Source: Parvularia atlantis
Taxonomy: Eukaryota
Assembly (NCBI GenBank): GCA_943704415.1
Contig: CALSCO010001228.1
Coordinates: 1 to 46,042 of the forward strand
Reading direction: 5' to 3'
DNA: 46,042 nt
Part shown: positions 9,142 to 22,050 of the stretch, in pieces
Position numbering within the stretch: position 1 is the stretch's first letter
How the letters are laid out: each line of letters starts with the position of its first letter
The notes under the pieces: generated by a model
Database searches by the model: none
What the model saw: the letters and a program-made list of their open reading frames with translations, nothing else
What the model was told of the DNA's origin: nothing
Position numbers and translations under genes: made by a program

Positions 9142-12100
9142 TCACGCGCCCGGCCGCGGCTTCTTGGACTCGGTGCCCTCGTCGCCGCTGCCCTTAGACG
9201 GCGCAGGCGTGGGCGCGGGCCGCTTGCTGGTGACACCAGACTGCGCGCGCGGTCAGCGATGCGAGCGACGGCAGACGCGGAGACGCACTTGCAAAATGTG
9301 CGCGGTCGAGATGCCCGACTTGGCGTCGGTCGAGCGCACGATCGGCGTGGTAATGCCACTGCGCGCCCCGCGCGTTAGAGGCGCCCGCAACCGTGCACAC
9401 ACGCACGCACCCGCGATTGCCCGTGCTGAGGACGATGTACGCGCTCCCGGCCTCCTTCTGCTGCTCGAGCATGGCCGACGCCGTGCCAAAGGGAGTGTCC
9501 GAGGCCTGCACCTTCTTGATGTAGATCTGCGCGCGCGCGCTCGTCGGGTCAGCGCGCGGCCAGGCGAAAGGAGCCGCACGACGCGCCTCCTCCTCGAGCT
9601 TCTTGAGCACCTTCTCGGTCTTGCGGCGCCCGGGCATGTTGCCGTGAAAGTGCTGCGTAAACTGCTTCCAGGCCTGGGCCGCACACGCCCACGCACGCCT
9701 CAGCCCTTGTCACGCGCGCAACGGGCATCACGTTGCCTGCTTTTCGTTCAGCTCGCGGCCAAACTCGTCCGTGTAGGACAGCTTGACCTCGGGCTTGTAG
9801 TTCTCGAAGCGCTTGACCGTCTCCTGGATCTCGCGCTCCTTATCGCGCTCGCGCTTGAGCTCACGCTCGCGCTCGGTCATCGCGGCCTCGGCCGACTTGC
9901 CCTTCTTGCCCGTCGGCTGCTGTTGCGCCGCGACGCATGAGCCGGCAGCGCGCACGAGCCAGCAGCGGCATCGCACCTTCTCGCGCTCGGCCTTCTGCCG
10001 CATCTCCTTCTCAAACTGGCGCTTCTTCTGCTCCGCCGTCCAGAGCTGTTGCTGGCGCAGGCGCGCCTCGCGCTCCAGCACGGTGCGGTCGGGCGCGGTG
10101 ATAAGGCCTGCCGGCTGTGAGACATTCGACCGTGCGGTACAGCACAGCGCCGCGCACCCTTGGCGCGGAGCACCGCCAGCGCGCTCGCCATGCCCTTGTT
10201 GACCGGCTTCTCGGCGCCCGTCGCGCTCTCGTCCTCGCTGCCCGTGTCGCGCTCGCGCACGCTCTCAAAGCCGCTGGCCGAGGGCGCGGGCGAGTCGACG
10301 GCACTGCCCTCGTCATCGAGTTCGACCGACGCCCTGCCGTGCGACGTCAGCCACGCGAGCGAGCCGGATGAGGCGCGGCTGCACGTGCCGCTGCGTCGTC
10401 GTGTCCATCGCTGGGCTGTCGTCGCCGGCCTCCTGCCCACCTGCGAGCGCGCGCTCGACCACGACGGGGCGGTCGTCTGCGCGCAGGCGTGAGCGCGGCA
10501 GCGCACAAACTGAGCTCGCACGGCGGTACGCACGGTGCTCTCGGTTCTCGTGCTCGTGGAAGAAGGCCGCCTCGGGCTCGGCCGCGGCTGCCTGCGATTC
10601 GCTCATGTTGCGCACAAACTCGGTCACGGACGACATCACACGCGACTGGTCCTGCGTGGCACGGACGCGCAGCGTGAGCCACTGCACAGCCAAAGCGACG
10701 CGCGCACCTGGTACGCCTCGGCCTCGCGCTGCTCGTCGCGCAGACGAGCCTCGCGTGCTGCGTGGGTGGCGCGATCAGCAACACACGCGCACGTGCACAC
10801 GCAACACGCACCGGCCGCGGCGACCTGCTCCGGCGTGAGCAGCGCCTTCTTGGCCGCGATGCGCCGCGACCGCGCGAGCGCCTCAGCCAGGTCGTCGTCG
10901 TCGACAAAGTTGGCGTCGTCCGCGATCGGCTTGAGCTCGAAGCCCTGTCCTCCCCCCACCGCATGTCAGCCCACGACTGCCAGCACCACTGCACACCGCG
11001 AGCGCACCGAGCGCGATGCTTGTGCTGCTGCCGCTGCCGACGATTGCCCACCGTCCACGTCCATGCCACTCATCTGCACCCGCGCGTCACGGCACCGCGA
11101 GCACGGCAGACGCACACGCACCGGCGGCCCTAGCGGCTCCATCCCGAGCGTCTCGGAGAGGGGCTTCTTGGTGCGGGCGGAGCGCTTCTTCTTGTTCTTG
11201 CGGAACTGGTCCATCTCCTCGGCCGTGTAGTAGTCGCGGATCTCCTGCATCTCTGGCGCACAAACAGGCGCGTAAGCTCTGCCAGTACGTCGCTCACGGG
11301 GCTTACTATTCACGTCGAGCGACACCGCGCCCTCGCGCAGCTTGGCGGCCACGCTCTGGCGCCGCTCGGCCTCGGACACGACGCCCTCCTCCTGGATTGT
11401 GAACGACTGTGCGGCGCACGCGTTCAGCGCACACGGCCAGCGCACGCGTGCGCGATCGTGCCTTCTTCGTCGGCCCGTCAATCTCGTCGTCGTAGTGCGA
11501 CAGGATTGGCTTCGGCATGCCGTCTGGCGCCGCACTCGGATCAGCTGGGCCGCGCGGACAGGCGCGCGCACGCACGCACCCTCGCCTAGCTCCTCGTCTT
11601 CGAACGCGTCGGTCTTCTTCTTGATCTTCTTCTTGTTCTCGAGGTTGCGCCGCAGCTTCTCGGCCTCGCCGACCTGGATGCTCTCGAGCTCGTCGCCTTG
11701 TTCTGCGCGGGCGTCGACGTGCTCAGCGGAGCTCGCAGCGACCGCGACGCCCCGCCCGCACCCTCGCTCTCGAGGATAGTCGAGTCCCTGAGCGTGAGCA
11801 CGCGCTCCTCGCCAAGCTCAAAGTCGCGCACGTCGTGAGCCACGCGCAGGCCGCGCAGGTCGTTGGCCGAATACTCCTGCGCGCCAAGACACCCCGCGTC
11901 TCTGTACGACGCCCGCGGATCGGTTCGCGCGGCACGTTGGCGCACCTTCCCCGCGTCACCGCTGCCGCCTGTCGCTGCGCGGTCCATCTCGTCGAGCGTG
12001 CTGAGCGTCTTCTTCGCCAGCTGGCTCCTGCGCCGCCACCGTCAGGCCGCGTCCTTCACCAGCAAACAAACGTGACGCACTCGCGCGAGCGGCGGACCCA

Positions 12101-12550
12101 GCTGGCCGCGTCGTCCGGCTCGGCGTCCTCCTCGGCCAGACTCTTGCCGGCCAGCTTGGCCTGCAGCTTGCGGCGGTAGCGGACCCTGCGGCGCGTCCTA
12201 GTTCAGCATCGCCTCTCGTTGCGCATCTCACGTCATCCGCCGCACTTCTCGATGCGCTTGCGCAGCTCCTCCTCCTCGGCCTTGCGCGCCTGCTCCTCGC
12301 GCGCCAGCCGGTAGTTCTCCTCGGCGATGACCTCCTCGTCGGCCGCCGTGCCCGCGCCGCTCGCCACGGCGCCGCCCGCGCTGCCGGCCGCCGCGCCGGC
12401 GCTGGGGCCGAGCGCGAGGGGCTTGAGGCCCATCTTGGCGCGGAGGGCACTGCGCGCGGCGCGACGTGAGACGTGAGCGGCGCGCGACACATGACGAAGC
12501 GGCGCGGCGCACTTGGTCTCCTCGATCGTTAGCTCTACGGTATCCCCCAT
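9142..12550 (-). CDS. SART1: U4/U6.U5 tri-snRNP-associated protein 1 (Snu66)
   Basis: HIND motif ELTIEETN-LRAKMGLKPL; GLRVAHD..LTLRD; ILSHYDDEIDG; DYYTAEEM; YKPEVKLSYTDEFGRELNEKQ; FHGNMPGRRKTEK..SDTP; ~20 introns. Confidence 0.95.
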
Positions 12551-12642
12551 GGCCGCTACGTGCCGGTACTGTGCAAACAACAAGTGTTGAAAGGCATACT
12601 ACACGCAGCAATCCAATACCTACAACAGCTGTACATAGGCTG

Positions 12643-12719
12643 TCAGACAGCGGACGCGGCGGACGCGACCGCGGTGCAGGGCGTGTTCCTGCGGTCGTGT
12701 GTGTGTGTGTGTTAGTGTG

Positions 12720-12783
<64 letters not shown>

Positions 12784-14126
12784 CGCTTGCACGGTCATCG
12801 GGGCCGACGTGCGCGCACCACTGGTCGTACATCGCCTGCACCGCCGTCATGTCGTCGTCCAGCCCGACGAGGTCCTGGTCGCGCTCGGGCTTGAGCTCGG
12901 GTTCCTTGGCCAGGTCGACGCGGCCCGTGGTGAGGTCGGTCGCGTGCAGGAACTTCTTGAACAGGTCGAGGCGGTTGCTCGCGCTGCGACCCGGGAAGTG
13001 CACAACAAGGTCGCCGGACCGGTACCTGCGTTGCGGTGCGCTCAACTGACCACGAGCGCGCATCTCACGGTGGCGCGCACCAGGGAAACTCGGCGTTGAA
13101 CGTGCGGAAGGGCACGTGCTTGACGTGGCACGTCCAGGCTGGGTCATGGTGGATGCGCACGACGACCATGATCAGGCCCTGGTCGTTCATGCCCCACGAG
13201 CCGTCGTCGTTGCACACGCGCAGCCAGTTGATGTGCGTCTGCAACGAGCCGTCGGGCAGGCGGATGTCGCTGCAGCGCTCCCCGCCCATCCGCACGAGCT
13301 CATCCACGACGGCGCGGCCCCAGGGCGTGTTGCGCACGTAAAAGTGCCCGTTGTTGCTGAACTTGGCGAAGCGCGTACTGTGCGGCGAGCCCGCGGTGAT
13401 GAACAGGTCGAAGCGCGGGTCCATCGCCTCGTCGAGCGTGCGCGAAAAGTTGATGAAGAGCGCGTCGACGTCGGCCCAGAGCGCGCCCTCGATCTCGTCC
13501 GGGTGCTCGCGGAAGGCCAGCTGCACCGCGGCGTAGCGCGCCATGAACGGCGATGCGCCCGCGCCGCAAACGCGCGTGTCGTCCGAAAGGTCCAGCAGCA
13601 TGTACCCGTGGTGCTCGGCGTACTGGCGCTTGTTGGCCATGGCGATGGCGACGTACTCGGGCTGGTGCCCGCAGTAGAACGTGATGATTGCGTGGCGCCT
13701 GGTGGTCTTGGTCGTGGTCGTGGTCTTGATTGTGGTCGTGGTCTTCTTGCCCGTGGTCGTGGTCTTGCCCGTGGTGGTCGACGTGGTCGTGACGGGCGCA
13801 TCGCCGCCTTGCAGCCGCGCCCGCAGCCGCTGCACAAGGTGCGCCGGCACGTCGCGCGCCACGATCCGCCCGCCGACCGCGTGCTGCTGCTGCGGGCGGA
13901 GGAGCGCGTCGACCTCGCGATCGAGCGCCGCCACGGCGGGGTCCTCGACCGCGGTCTCCGGTTCCCCCCGATGCTCTTGCTGCTCGAGGGCCGCGTCCGG
14001 CTGCTGCTGCTGCTGCTGCTGCGTGGGCCGCAGCGGCACCTGCGGCGTGGCCGGGAGCAGCACGAGGACGAGCGCGGTGGCCAGCGCCGCCATCACGAGC
14101 AGCAGCCTGCGCGAGGTCGGAGACAT
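12643..14126 (-). CDS. Glycosyltransferase family 34 (GMA12/MNN10-like), type II membrane
   Basis: N-terminal TM, Q/T-rich stem, NKRQYAEHHGY, WADVDALFIN (DxD), NNGHFYVRN, NDQG, GDLVVHFPG; 2 introns. Confidence 0.88.
12697..12781 (+). repeat. Interrupted (GT)n microsatellite in the last GT34 intron (12689-12818)
   Basis: GT run with two gttag interruptions. Confidence 0.97.
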
Positions 14127-14179
14127 TCGCTGATCGCAAGTGAACCGGTGCTGTACATATGTGTCGCTGTCTCATTCAC

Positions 14180-15693
14180 TCAGGCGGGCGGGTAGAAGTT
14201 TGCAAAGAGCACGCTCGTGACGGCGCTGTAGCCGACGCCGAATGTGATCCACCACCGCGCCCAGCGCCGCTGCCACGACGCGTTCGGCGTGACGTACAGC
14301 TCGGCCGCGGCCCAGTACAGCGCCGGCAGGGCCGTGAAGACGCGCGTGACGATCTGGACGTGCGCGACAAGCACGCACGACGCGAGCATCGCCGCCCACA
14401 GCACGACGTGCGGCAGCACCTCGGCGCAAAAGAAGCCGGCACCGGCGCGGTCCTTGGCCGGCTGCAGCCCGAGCGAGCGCACGACGTCGGGTCGCCGCGC
14501 GCAGTACGCGGCGATGGCCACGGCCGAGAAGACGACCGTGGGCGCGGCCAGGGCAAAGTTCGGGATCTGGCGCGCCTCGTAGTAGCGCAGGAAGCCCACG
14601 TTCCTTGTGCGCACGCGCGTCAGCCGACAGACGCAACGAGCCACGCACACGTACGTACCAGTAGTGCTCCTGCACAAAGCCGTACACGCTCGGCAGCCAC
14701 GCGGCGCACCAGGGCCGCAGCGCGCCGTGCTCGACGCAGTAGCGCGTGTACGCGTGCAGCTGCACGGCCGCAAAGCCGCTCGTGCACAGCAGACACAGCG
14801 CGGCCGTCCTTGCCGCGTTCAGCACCTGCACGTGTCGCATAAGACGCCTGATCGCGCCGCGGCACATCGCGCACACCGTGCGCTGCCCGCTGACCAGGAA
14901 CGCGTGCGCAAAGAAGCCCGCGTACATGACGCCGTTGGACCTCGCCGCGGCCGACAGACCGAAGAGCGTCGCGGCCACGAGCGGCCGCCCGCCGTGGAAC
15001 GCGAGCATCCCGCCAAAGCTGAGCAGCGCAAACAGGCTCTCCGAGTACCTGCCGCCGTCGTGAGTCTCACGGCCGCCCGCTCAGCCGGCGCGCGCACATC
15101 GACGCGAGAAACATGCCCGCCGGCGAGGCAAGATAGGCGACGCAGGCGAACAACGCGCGCCGTCGATCGTGCAGCACGCGCTCGCTCAGCCTGCGTTCAT
15201 GCACCGTCAGGCACGACGAGCGCAAGCGCCTCACGCACCGCACACGCGCACTCACCAGAACAGTAGCGGCACCGACGCGACAAAGGCGGCGTTGCTGACG
15301 GCCACGCCGACGAGGACGTGCGCGCACGGCCCCGCGAGCGCGTCGTCGTCGCCGAGCACGAGCCGCGCGAGGCGCACGATCGCGCGGGTGACGAGCGGCA
15401 GCAGCGGCAGGAACGCGTTCTCGTGCTCGTAGACCCAGCCGTGCTCGGCTGCGTGCGCAAAGTAGAACGCGTCCCATCGCAGGAACGGGCGCGCAGCCGT
15501 CTGCAGCCTGCCATCCGCCACCGTCAGGCAGCGCCATCGGCACCCCGCGCCCGCCCGCGCACCACCCGGAGCACGACGTCGCGTCGGCCGCCGAGTCGTA
15601 GTCGGGCAGCGCCGCGTCGGCGAGCAGGGCCCAGGCCACGAGCGCGGCTTTGAGCAACAGCGCCGCGACCGTGAGCGTCCGCGCGTCTGCCAT
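14180..15693 (-). CDS. PIGV: GPI mannosyltransferase 2 (PIG-V/GPI18)
   Basis: [67 protein letters not shown]. Confidence 0.93.
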
Positions 15694-15751
15694 CGCTGAA
15701 ATGTCTCTGAAGTGCGCGCGCGCCGCAACATGCGAGCTCGCTATCGGCGGC

Positions 15752-16951
15752 TCATGGCAGGACGTCCTCCTTGCTCTTCATGTGCTTCTCGAGCGCCTTG
15801 GCCATCTTGAACATCTGCACGCGCGGCTTCCTGAACACGGCCTCGAGCTTGTCGTCGCAGACGATCATGCGCCGGTCCTTCGGGTCCTGCAGCTCGTGCG
15901 CCTTGATGTAGACCCAGAGCTGCTTGACGACGTCGGACCGCGCGAGCTGCGCAACGCGTTTAGCACGGCTGCGTGCATGCTTCATCATGCCGCGGCACCT
16001 CCGTCTGGCCGACCACCGCCGACAGCTCGGCCGAGAGCACCATGGGCATTTGGAAGCCCGTCTGGCGCTTCGTGCCGTCCTTCCGTGGCTGCTGCGTGTG
16101 CGCGCCGTCAGCCGCGACGTCGACCACGTGACGGCGGCGCATACCGAGCGCTTGGCCGCCGGCGACGGCGCCGCCACGCCCCCGCCGCGCGTCCGTCTCC
16201 GCCCATTGAGCTCCTCCTGCAGGCGCTGGGCGAGGCGCTCGTCGGACTCGTCGAGGCGCTGCGGATCGGTTGTTGCTCAGCGCACAACACGAAGCACAGA
16301 GAGGGGGCAGCGCCGCACCCCGCCCAAGCTCTCGTCCTCCTCGCCGATCGTGTCGGGCGTCTTGAAGCGCTTGTTGCCGTGCGCCGGCTGCTTGTGCCGC
16401 TTGATGACGGACCGCAGCGGCGACGACGAGTGCACGCCGCCGAGCCTTTGTGTCGATTGCGCCGTCAGCCAGCCGTCCACGTCAAGCAGCAGCAGCACCG
16501 GCACACCGCGGCGAGTGCGCGTGGCTGCTGTCGGCGTCGCTCTCGTCGTCGTCGCCCTCGTCGTCGTGCTTGTCGCCCGCCTTGTCGTGTGCGGCGCCGT
16601 TGCCGTTGCCGGCCGCGTCGCTCGCCGTCGCCGCCGCGGCGCGCAGCTTGTCGTACTCGTCGACGATGAGCGCGTCGATCTCCTTCTTGTGCGCGCTCAG
16701 GTCGGTCTGCCGGGCGCGAGGCGCGGTCAGCCTCGCGTGGGCCGGTCGCGGTCGCGCGCCTTGAGCTCGTCCTCGAGCTGCTTGCGGATCTTCCTGCTCG
16801 AGACCTGGTCGAGGTCGGCCGCGCGCAGCAGCTCTGGGCGGCGCGCGTGTGCGTCAGGCGGCCGTGGGAGGCGCGCGACGCGACTCGGACGAGAGGGAGA
16901 CGGCGCACCGACGACACGCGCCCTGATGCGGTCAAGGTCGACGGTGTCCAT
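15752..16951 (-). CDS. DEK-C plus SWIB/MDM2 domain protein (UAF30/Spp27/Tri1-like)
   Basis: DEK-C: LLRAADLDQVSSRKIRKQLE..DLSAHKKEIDALI; SWIB: LSAELSAVVG..RSDVVKQLWVYIKAHELQDPKDRRMIVCDDKL. Confidence 0.9.
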
Positions 16952-17060
16952 CCCAGCTGACGCTTGATGCACAAACTGCCGGCCCACATAGACAAATGTT
17001 GACCTTCGCAAGAGAGAGCGGGCGAGCACAGACAGACACACTCATATGACGCGGGCGCGC

Positions 17061-18698
17061 TCACAGCGCGACGATGACGCCGTGGCAGTTGCGCATGATC
17101 ACGTTCGTGAAGATCGTCGCGTAGTTGCGCTGGAAAAAGTCATTCTCCGACGTCGCCATCGGGTACTCGACCACGATGCGGTTAATCTTGTGGCCTGCGC
17201 GTGGGATGAGTGAGTGCGTGCAGGCCAGCAAGCGAGCGAGCGCGCGCGCACGCGAGAGGTAGTAGATCGGCGCAAAGATGATGCACAGGCACGTGAGCAC
17301 GCACAGCACCTTGACGCACGTGCTGCAGGCGCGTGCGCGTGCGGTGAGCACGTTCGCGCGCGCAAGCAAGCACAGCGCCGCGCGACGCACTTGTGCGCGG
17401 CCTGGCTGGCGAGGTTGCTCGAGTACGCCTTGACGACGCGGCCGGTGACCTCGTACGAGATGCTGAGGTCGAGGCCTGGCGCGCGCGGCTCAGCGCACAC
17501 AAGCGGCGGGACCGGCCGGCACGCACGGAAGCCGGTCGAGCGCACGGTGAACTCGATCGCGCGCGTCAGCGCGTTGAAGTCCCACAGCAGCTGTTCGCAC
17601 GCGTGCGCAGCGAGGTCAGACAAAATGCCTCACAAAGCGCCTAGGCACACCTGCTTGGTCAGGCTGATCTCCTTAAAGATGTTGCCGCTCGTCGTGTACT
17701 CCTCAAGCGTCTGGCCTGCGTGCGCTCGTGTGAGCCCAAAAGCACACAAGCACACGCGCGCCCATGAACAGCACGGATGTTCATGCCGCTCGACTCGACG
17801 ATGCGCGTCCACTGGTTGAGGACGTAGTGCGACGCGTCCAGGTGCACGTCAAAGTCCGTTACAGTCTCGTGGTACGTCTCGGTGCGGTGGTGCGTGCGGC
17901 CGTCGCGATGCTCGGTCACAGTGCGGTGGCGCGTCTCCTGGTGCGTGCCTGGCCGCGTGCGCGTGCGTGCGCGCGTGAGCGAGGGGAAGGGGAACGTCAA
18001 GGGCAGACCGCACCGTGAATGCGCACAATCAGGCCCGGTCGGTGCATGTTGGACGCGAAGAAGCGCCACAGCTCGTTCGCGTCCGTGTCGAGGCGCGCGT
18101 CGCACGAGCGGATCGAGCCGTCGCTGTCCTTCGTGGCGACGACCGACGTCGGGCCGTCGATGGGCGGGGCCGTCTGCGGCGTGAGGATGCTCATCTGCGG
18201 CACGATGCTGGCGGCGCCACGGCGTTCAACGAGCGAGGATGGCAGCAGCGCCGGCGGCTCACCTGAAGTCAAAGTAGTCCGGCGGCGGGTCGTACGCGGT
18301 CGAGATCGCGCCCTGGTGGTGCGCGCGGGGACGTGGTCACTGGGCACGCCCCCCCCCCCCCCCCCCCCCCCCCGACACGTGAGCGCAACGAGCCGCACCT
18401 GCGCGACGGCCGCCTCGAACGACGGCGGCGGACCGGGCGTCTGCGTGGCCATGGCGTTGCCCGCGCCGGGCATCTTGGTGTCGTACGCGCCGGGCGTCTG
18501 CGGTGGCGGTGAGTACTGCGGCTGCGGCACAGCGGCTGGCCCGTCACCGGCTGCGGCTGGTACACGTAGCCCGGCGGCGGCGACGTCTGCGCGTTGGCGG
18601 CGAAGAGGGGCTGGCGCACGTCTGCCGTGCGCGCGTGGAGGGCCGGGTTGAGCGGGATCTAGCCGCGCAGGGCGCGCAGGGGAGTTCGCACCAGTCAT
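17061..18698 (-). CDS. Uncharacterised membrane protein with PY-rich N-terminus, resembling a conserved fungal-type family
   Basis: PPGY/PPSF/PPDY motifs; DARLDTDANELWRFF..IHGTH..ETVTDFD; C-terminal TM (VLCVLTCLCIIFAPIYYL); ~10 introns. Confidence 0.7.
18349..18373 (+). repeat. Poly(C)25 (G25 on the sense strand) within an intron
   Basis: Homopolymer. Confidence 0.9.
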
Positions 18699-18749
18699 CG
18701 TGCCTGCGTACGCTTCGCTTGCACTTGGAAACACAGCTGCATTGGGTAC

Positions 18750-20391
18750 CTAGGCGCTGCGCGCGGCCTGGGCGATCGCCCGCTCGAGTGCGGTGACGTC
18801 GGCCTGCTCCGAGTTGCTCATCACGACCACGCACAGGCCCTCTTGCACGTGGTAGATCAGCCGCGTCGCCGCCTTCTGCGTGCTGCCGTTGTGGTCGACC
18901 GACAGCACGCGCCCGCTCGCGTCCGTCTGCACAAAGAACGCCAGCCCCACCCCGTCCGACGTCGGCGCGCCCCACAGCAGCTCCTTGGCGGCGGGCGACA
19001 GCAGCTGGTCGCCCATCAGGCCCTCGCAGTAGCCCAGCAGGTCGTCTGGCGTCGACATCAGGCCGCCGCCAGCCGCCTTGAACGACACGTCGGCGCTGCC
19101 GCGCGTTCGCGCGTGCACCCGTCAGCAGCAGCCGGGCCACCGCGGGCTCACGTGCCTGCCGACGTTGCGGTCGAGCGTGTTGTAGCCCTCGGCGCGCTCG
19201 GGCACGGCCTCCCACTCGTAGTCCGGGCGCATGCTCGCTGAGCGGCGCGCACTCAGCGGTCGGCACGGGCCTATCTTGGCAGCACGCACCGAGCTTGAGC
19301 GGCGACGTCACGCGCGCCGCCAGCAGCTCCGCGAAGGACGTGTTGGCGACCGTCTCGATCACGACGCCGCCGAGGTTGAACGCGAACGACGAGTAGTGGT
19401 ACGCGCTGTCCGGGATGTCAATCAGGGGCTGTGCAAGCGCATGCGGGTGAGTAGGGCGCGCGCGCGCGCGGTGGTGGCCGCCGCGCAACCTCCGCAATCC
19501 AGTAGTCCAGCGCCCAGCGCATGCCCGTGTTGACCGCGGGGTCGTTACGCAGCTCGTCGGGCGGCGTCGGGTCAAACTTGCCTGCACGCGCGCAAAGGGA
19601 GCGTGAGCATGCACACATGGAGATGCACGCGCGCGCACTGTTCGAGTAGTGCTGGATGCCCGAGCGGTGCGTGAAGATCTGGCGCATCGTGACCGTGCGG
19701 CGGCCGGCGGGGATCTCACGCGGCACGAGCTGGCGGCCACGCGCCGCATCAGCGTCAGCGGGTAGCACGGTCTGCCCGGCGTGGCAACCTGCTCCGGCCC
19801 GCACATGCTGCCGCCGTCGGCGCACACGTAGTACTGCATCGGCGTTGGGTAGAATGGCGCGTACTGGCGCACGTCCGCGTCCAGGTCGATCGCGCCCGCG
19901 AGGATCTGGCCACGCAGTCAGCTGCCCTGCGTACTGCAGCCTTGTACGGCGCGGCGCACCAGGTCTGCGGCCATCACTGCGGCGACCGTCTTGGAAATGG
20001 ACGCGTAGCGGAACAGCGTCTCATTGGCGACCACGGGCGTGCCGCGCTCGAGCGAGGCCAGGCCGAAGCCGTTGACGTAGCTGCGTGCCCCACACATCGC
20101 TCAGCCCCCCCAGTGCGACGCAGGGCAGGCCGCACCGCTCGCCCGTCGCCGCGAACGCCACGCCCGCGCCGACGCCGACGAGCCCCTGACGCGCCATTTC
20201 CGCGTTGACGGCGGCGTCGACGGCCTCCGCGAGCTGCGATCTGCGTCCCCTCCCAGCCGTCACCTCGCGGCAGGTCCGCACCACCACACCGCAAACGCCG
20301 CGCACCGCACAGCAGCCGCAGCCGCAGCCGCAACCGCAGCAGCCGCAGCGACGATCAGCAGCGCGCCTGTCACCATACCCCGGCTAGTCAT
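18750..20391 (-). CDS. Secreted serine hydrolase, beta-lactamase/LACTB-like
   Basis: Ala-rich signal peptide; FRYASISK (SxxK), TMRQIFTHRSGIQHY, YHYSSFAFN, KAAGGGLMST, HNG; alternative start 20376. Confidence 0.85.
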
Positions 20392-20436
20392 GGCCGCGAA
20401 GCGTGACAGATTGCCGTCATCGAACTAGCACCTTCG

Positions 20437-20823
20437 ATGGACGCCGCGCACGTCGCCGTCCTCCGCGCCGCCGTCGAGCGGCTCCGCGCCGAGCCGTCGC
20501 TCGTGCACGACAAGCAGCTCGGGTGCGATCTCTCCCCTGGTGGCGCGCGTGGCTGCGTCGCTCACACGGGCGCGCGTCAGCTTCTTCCGCGACTTTCTCG
20601 TCGGCCTCGGCGCCAAGCTGCCCGCCACGCCCAAGCCGGCGGCGGCGGCCGCGGGCAAGGCGCCGGTGGGCGACGACGAGATTGACGACCTGCCGGACCT
20701 GATGGACACGGACGCGTCGGCCTCGGCGCGGTGCGCGTTGGACGGGCGGACGGCGCGTGCCACATGCTGACGGCACAAGCGCGTGTGACAGTCCCACGGC
20801 TGCCGCCGAGGCCAAGGAGCCCG

Positions 20824-20871
<48 letters not shown>

Positions 20872-22050
20872 AAAAGGACCCGGACGTGGTCGAGCCCGAC
20901 AAGATCGATGACAGCGAGCACGTCTTTGCCAGCTCGGACAAGGAGGCCACCGACGCCGACATCGAGCGTGCGCAGGAGCTCAGGGTGCACTGACCGCGCG
21001 TCTGCTGCATGCCGCCTGACGCGGCGATCGCGTCGGCAGAACCAGGGCATGGCCGCGATGAACGACGGCAAGCACAGCGAGGCCATCGCGCTGTTCACGC
21101 AGGCGCTGCAGCTCAACCCGAGCGGCATCCTCTACGCCTCGCGCGCCAACGTCTTCCTGAAGGAGAAGCGCCCGAACGTGCGACATGCAGGCTCACAACA
21201 TGCGCAGCGCGGCTGACCGAGCGTGCGCCGGGGGGGGTTGACCAGGCCGCCATCCTCGACTGCGAGGCGGCCGTCAAAATCAACGCGAGCTCGGCCAAGC
21301 CGTACAAGATCCGCGGCCGCGCGCACGCGCTGCTGGGCAACTGGGAGCAGGCGGCCAAGTGCGTCGGGCGCGCGCTTGCCAGGGGCGTGTCTGAGCTGAG
21401 TGCGCGCGCAGGGACCTCAAACAGGCCAACCAGCTCGACTACGACGATGAGACGTACGAGAAGCTCAAGGCCGTGCAGAAGAAGCTCGACGTGCGTGCAA
21501 CCGGCACACGCGCGCACGCACGCCCCGCTCAGCCGCTTTTGCGCGCGCACAGGTCAAGATCGCGCGCGAGAAGGCCCGCGAGGAGAAGCGGCGCGCGCGC
21601 GAGCAGGCCCGCGCCAAGGCGTCTGCCTCGTCGTCGTCCTCGTCTTCGTCGCGCCCGGCCGGCGGCATGCCTGACTTTGGCGGCGGCATGCCCGGCTTTG
21701 GCGGCATGCCCGGCTTTGGCGGCATGCCGGGCGCGGGTGGCATGCCGGGTGCGCCCTTGAGTGGCAACCGCGCACGCGTGAATTGACGCGCGCGGCGCAG
21801 GCCTCCCGCCCAAGCTGCTCAACAAGATCATGAGCGACCCGGAGCTGCTGCAGATGATGCAGAACCCGAAGATCATGAGCGCGCTGCAGTCGGTGCAGGT
21901 GCGCGCGCGTCCGCTGACCGGCCGACGAGCGGCTGACCGTCGGACGGCACCCCGCAGAAGAACCCGGCGTCGCTGCAGGAGGTGCTCAAGGACCCCGAGG
22001 TGGCGCGGGCGTACGCCAAGGTGAGCAAGCTGATGAGCGAGGCGTCGTGA
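20437..22050 (+). CDS. ST13: Hsp70-interacting protein HIP (dimerisation domain, TPRs, GGMP repeats, STI1)
   Basis: [52 protein letters not shown] repeats; [16 protein letters not shown]. Confidence 0.93.
20817..20871 (+). repeat. 9-bp coding repeat (EEP)n in HIP
   Basis: gagcccgag period 9. Confidence 0.85.

Noticed and set aside
9100..12550. SART1 as a processed retrocopy because of the adjacent poly(A)
   Set aside because: The gene retains about 20 introns
18522..18565. Apparent frameshift between GYVYQPQP and PQYSPPP
   Set aside because: Resolved by a plausible 44-nt GT-AG intron
21661..21750. 18-bp GGMPGF repeats
   Set aside because: Expected feature of HIP/ST13 proteins
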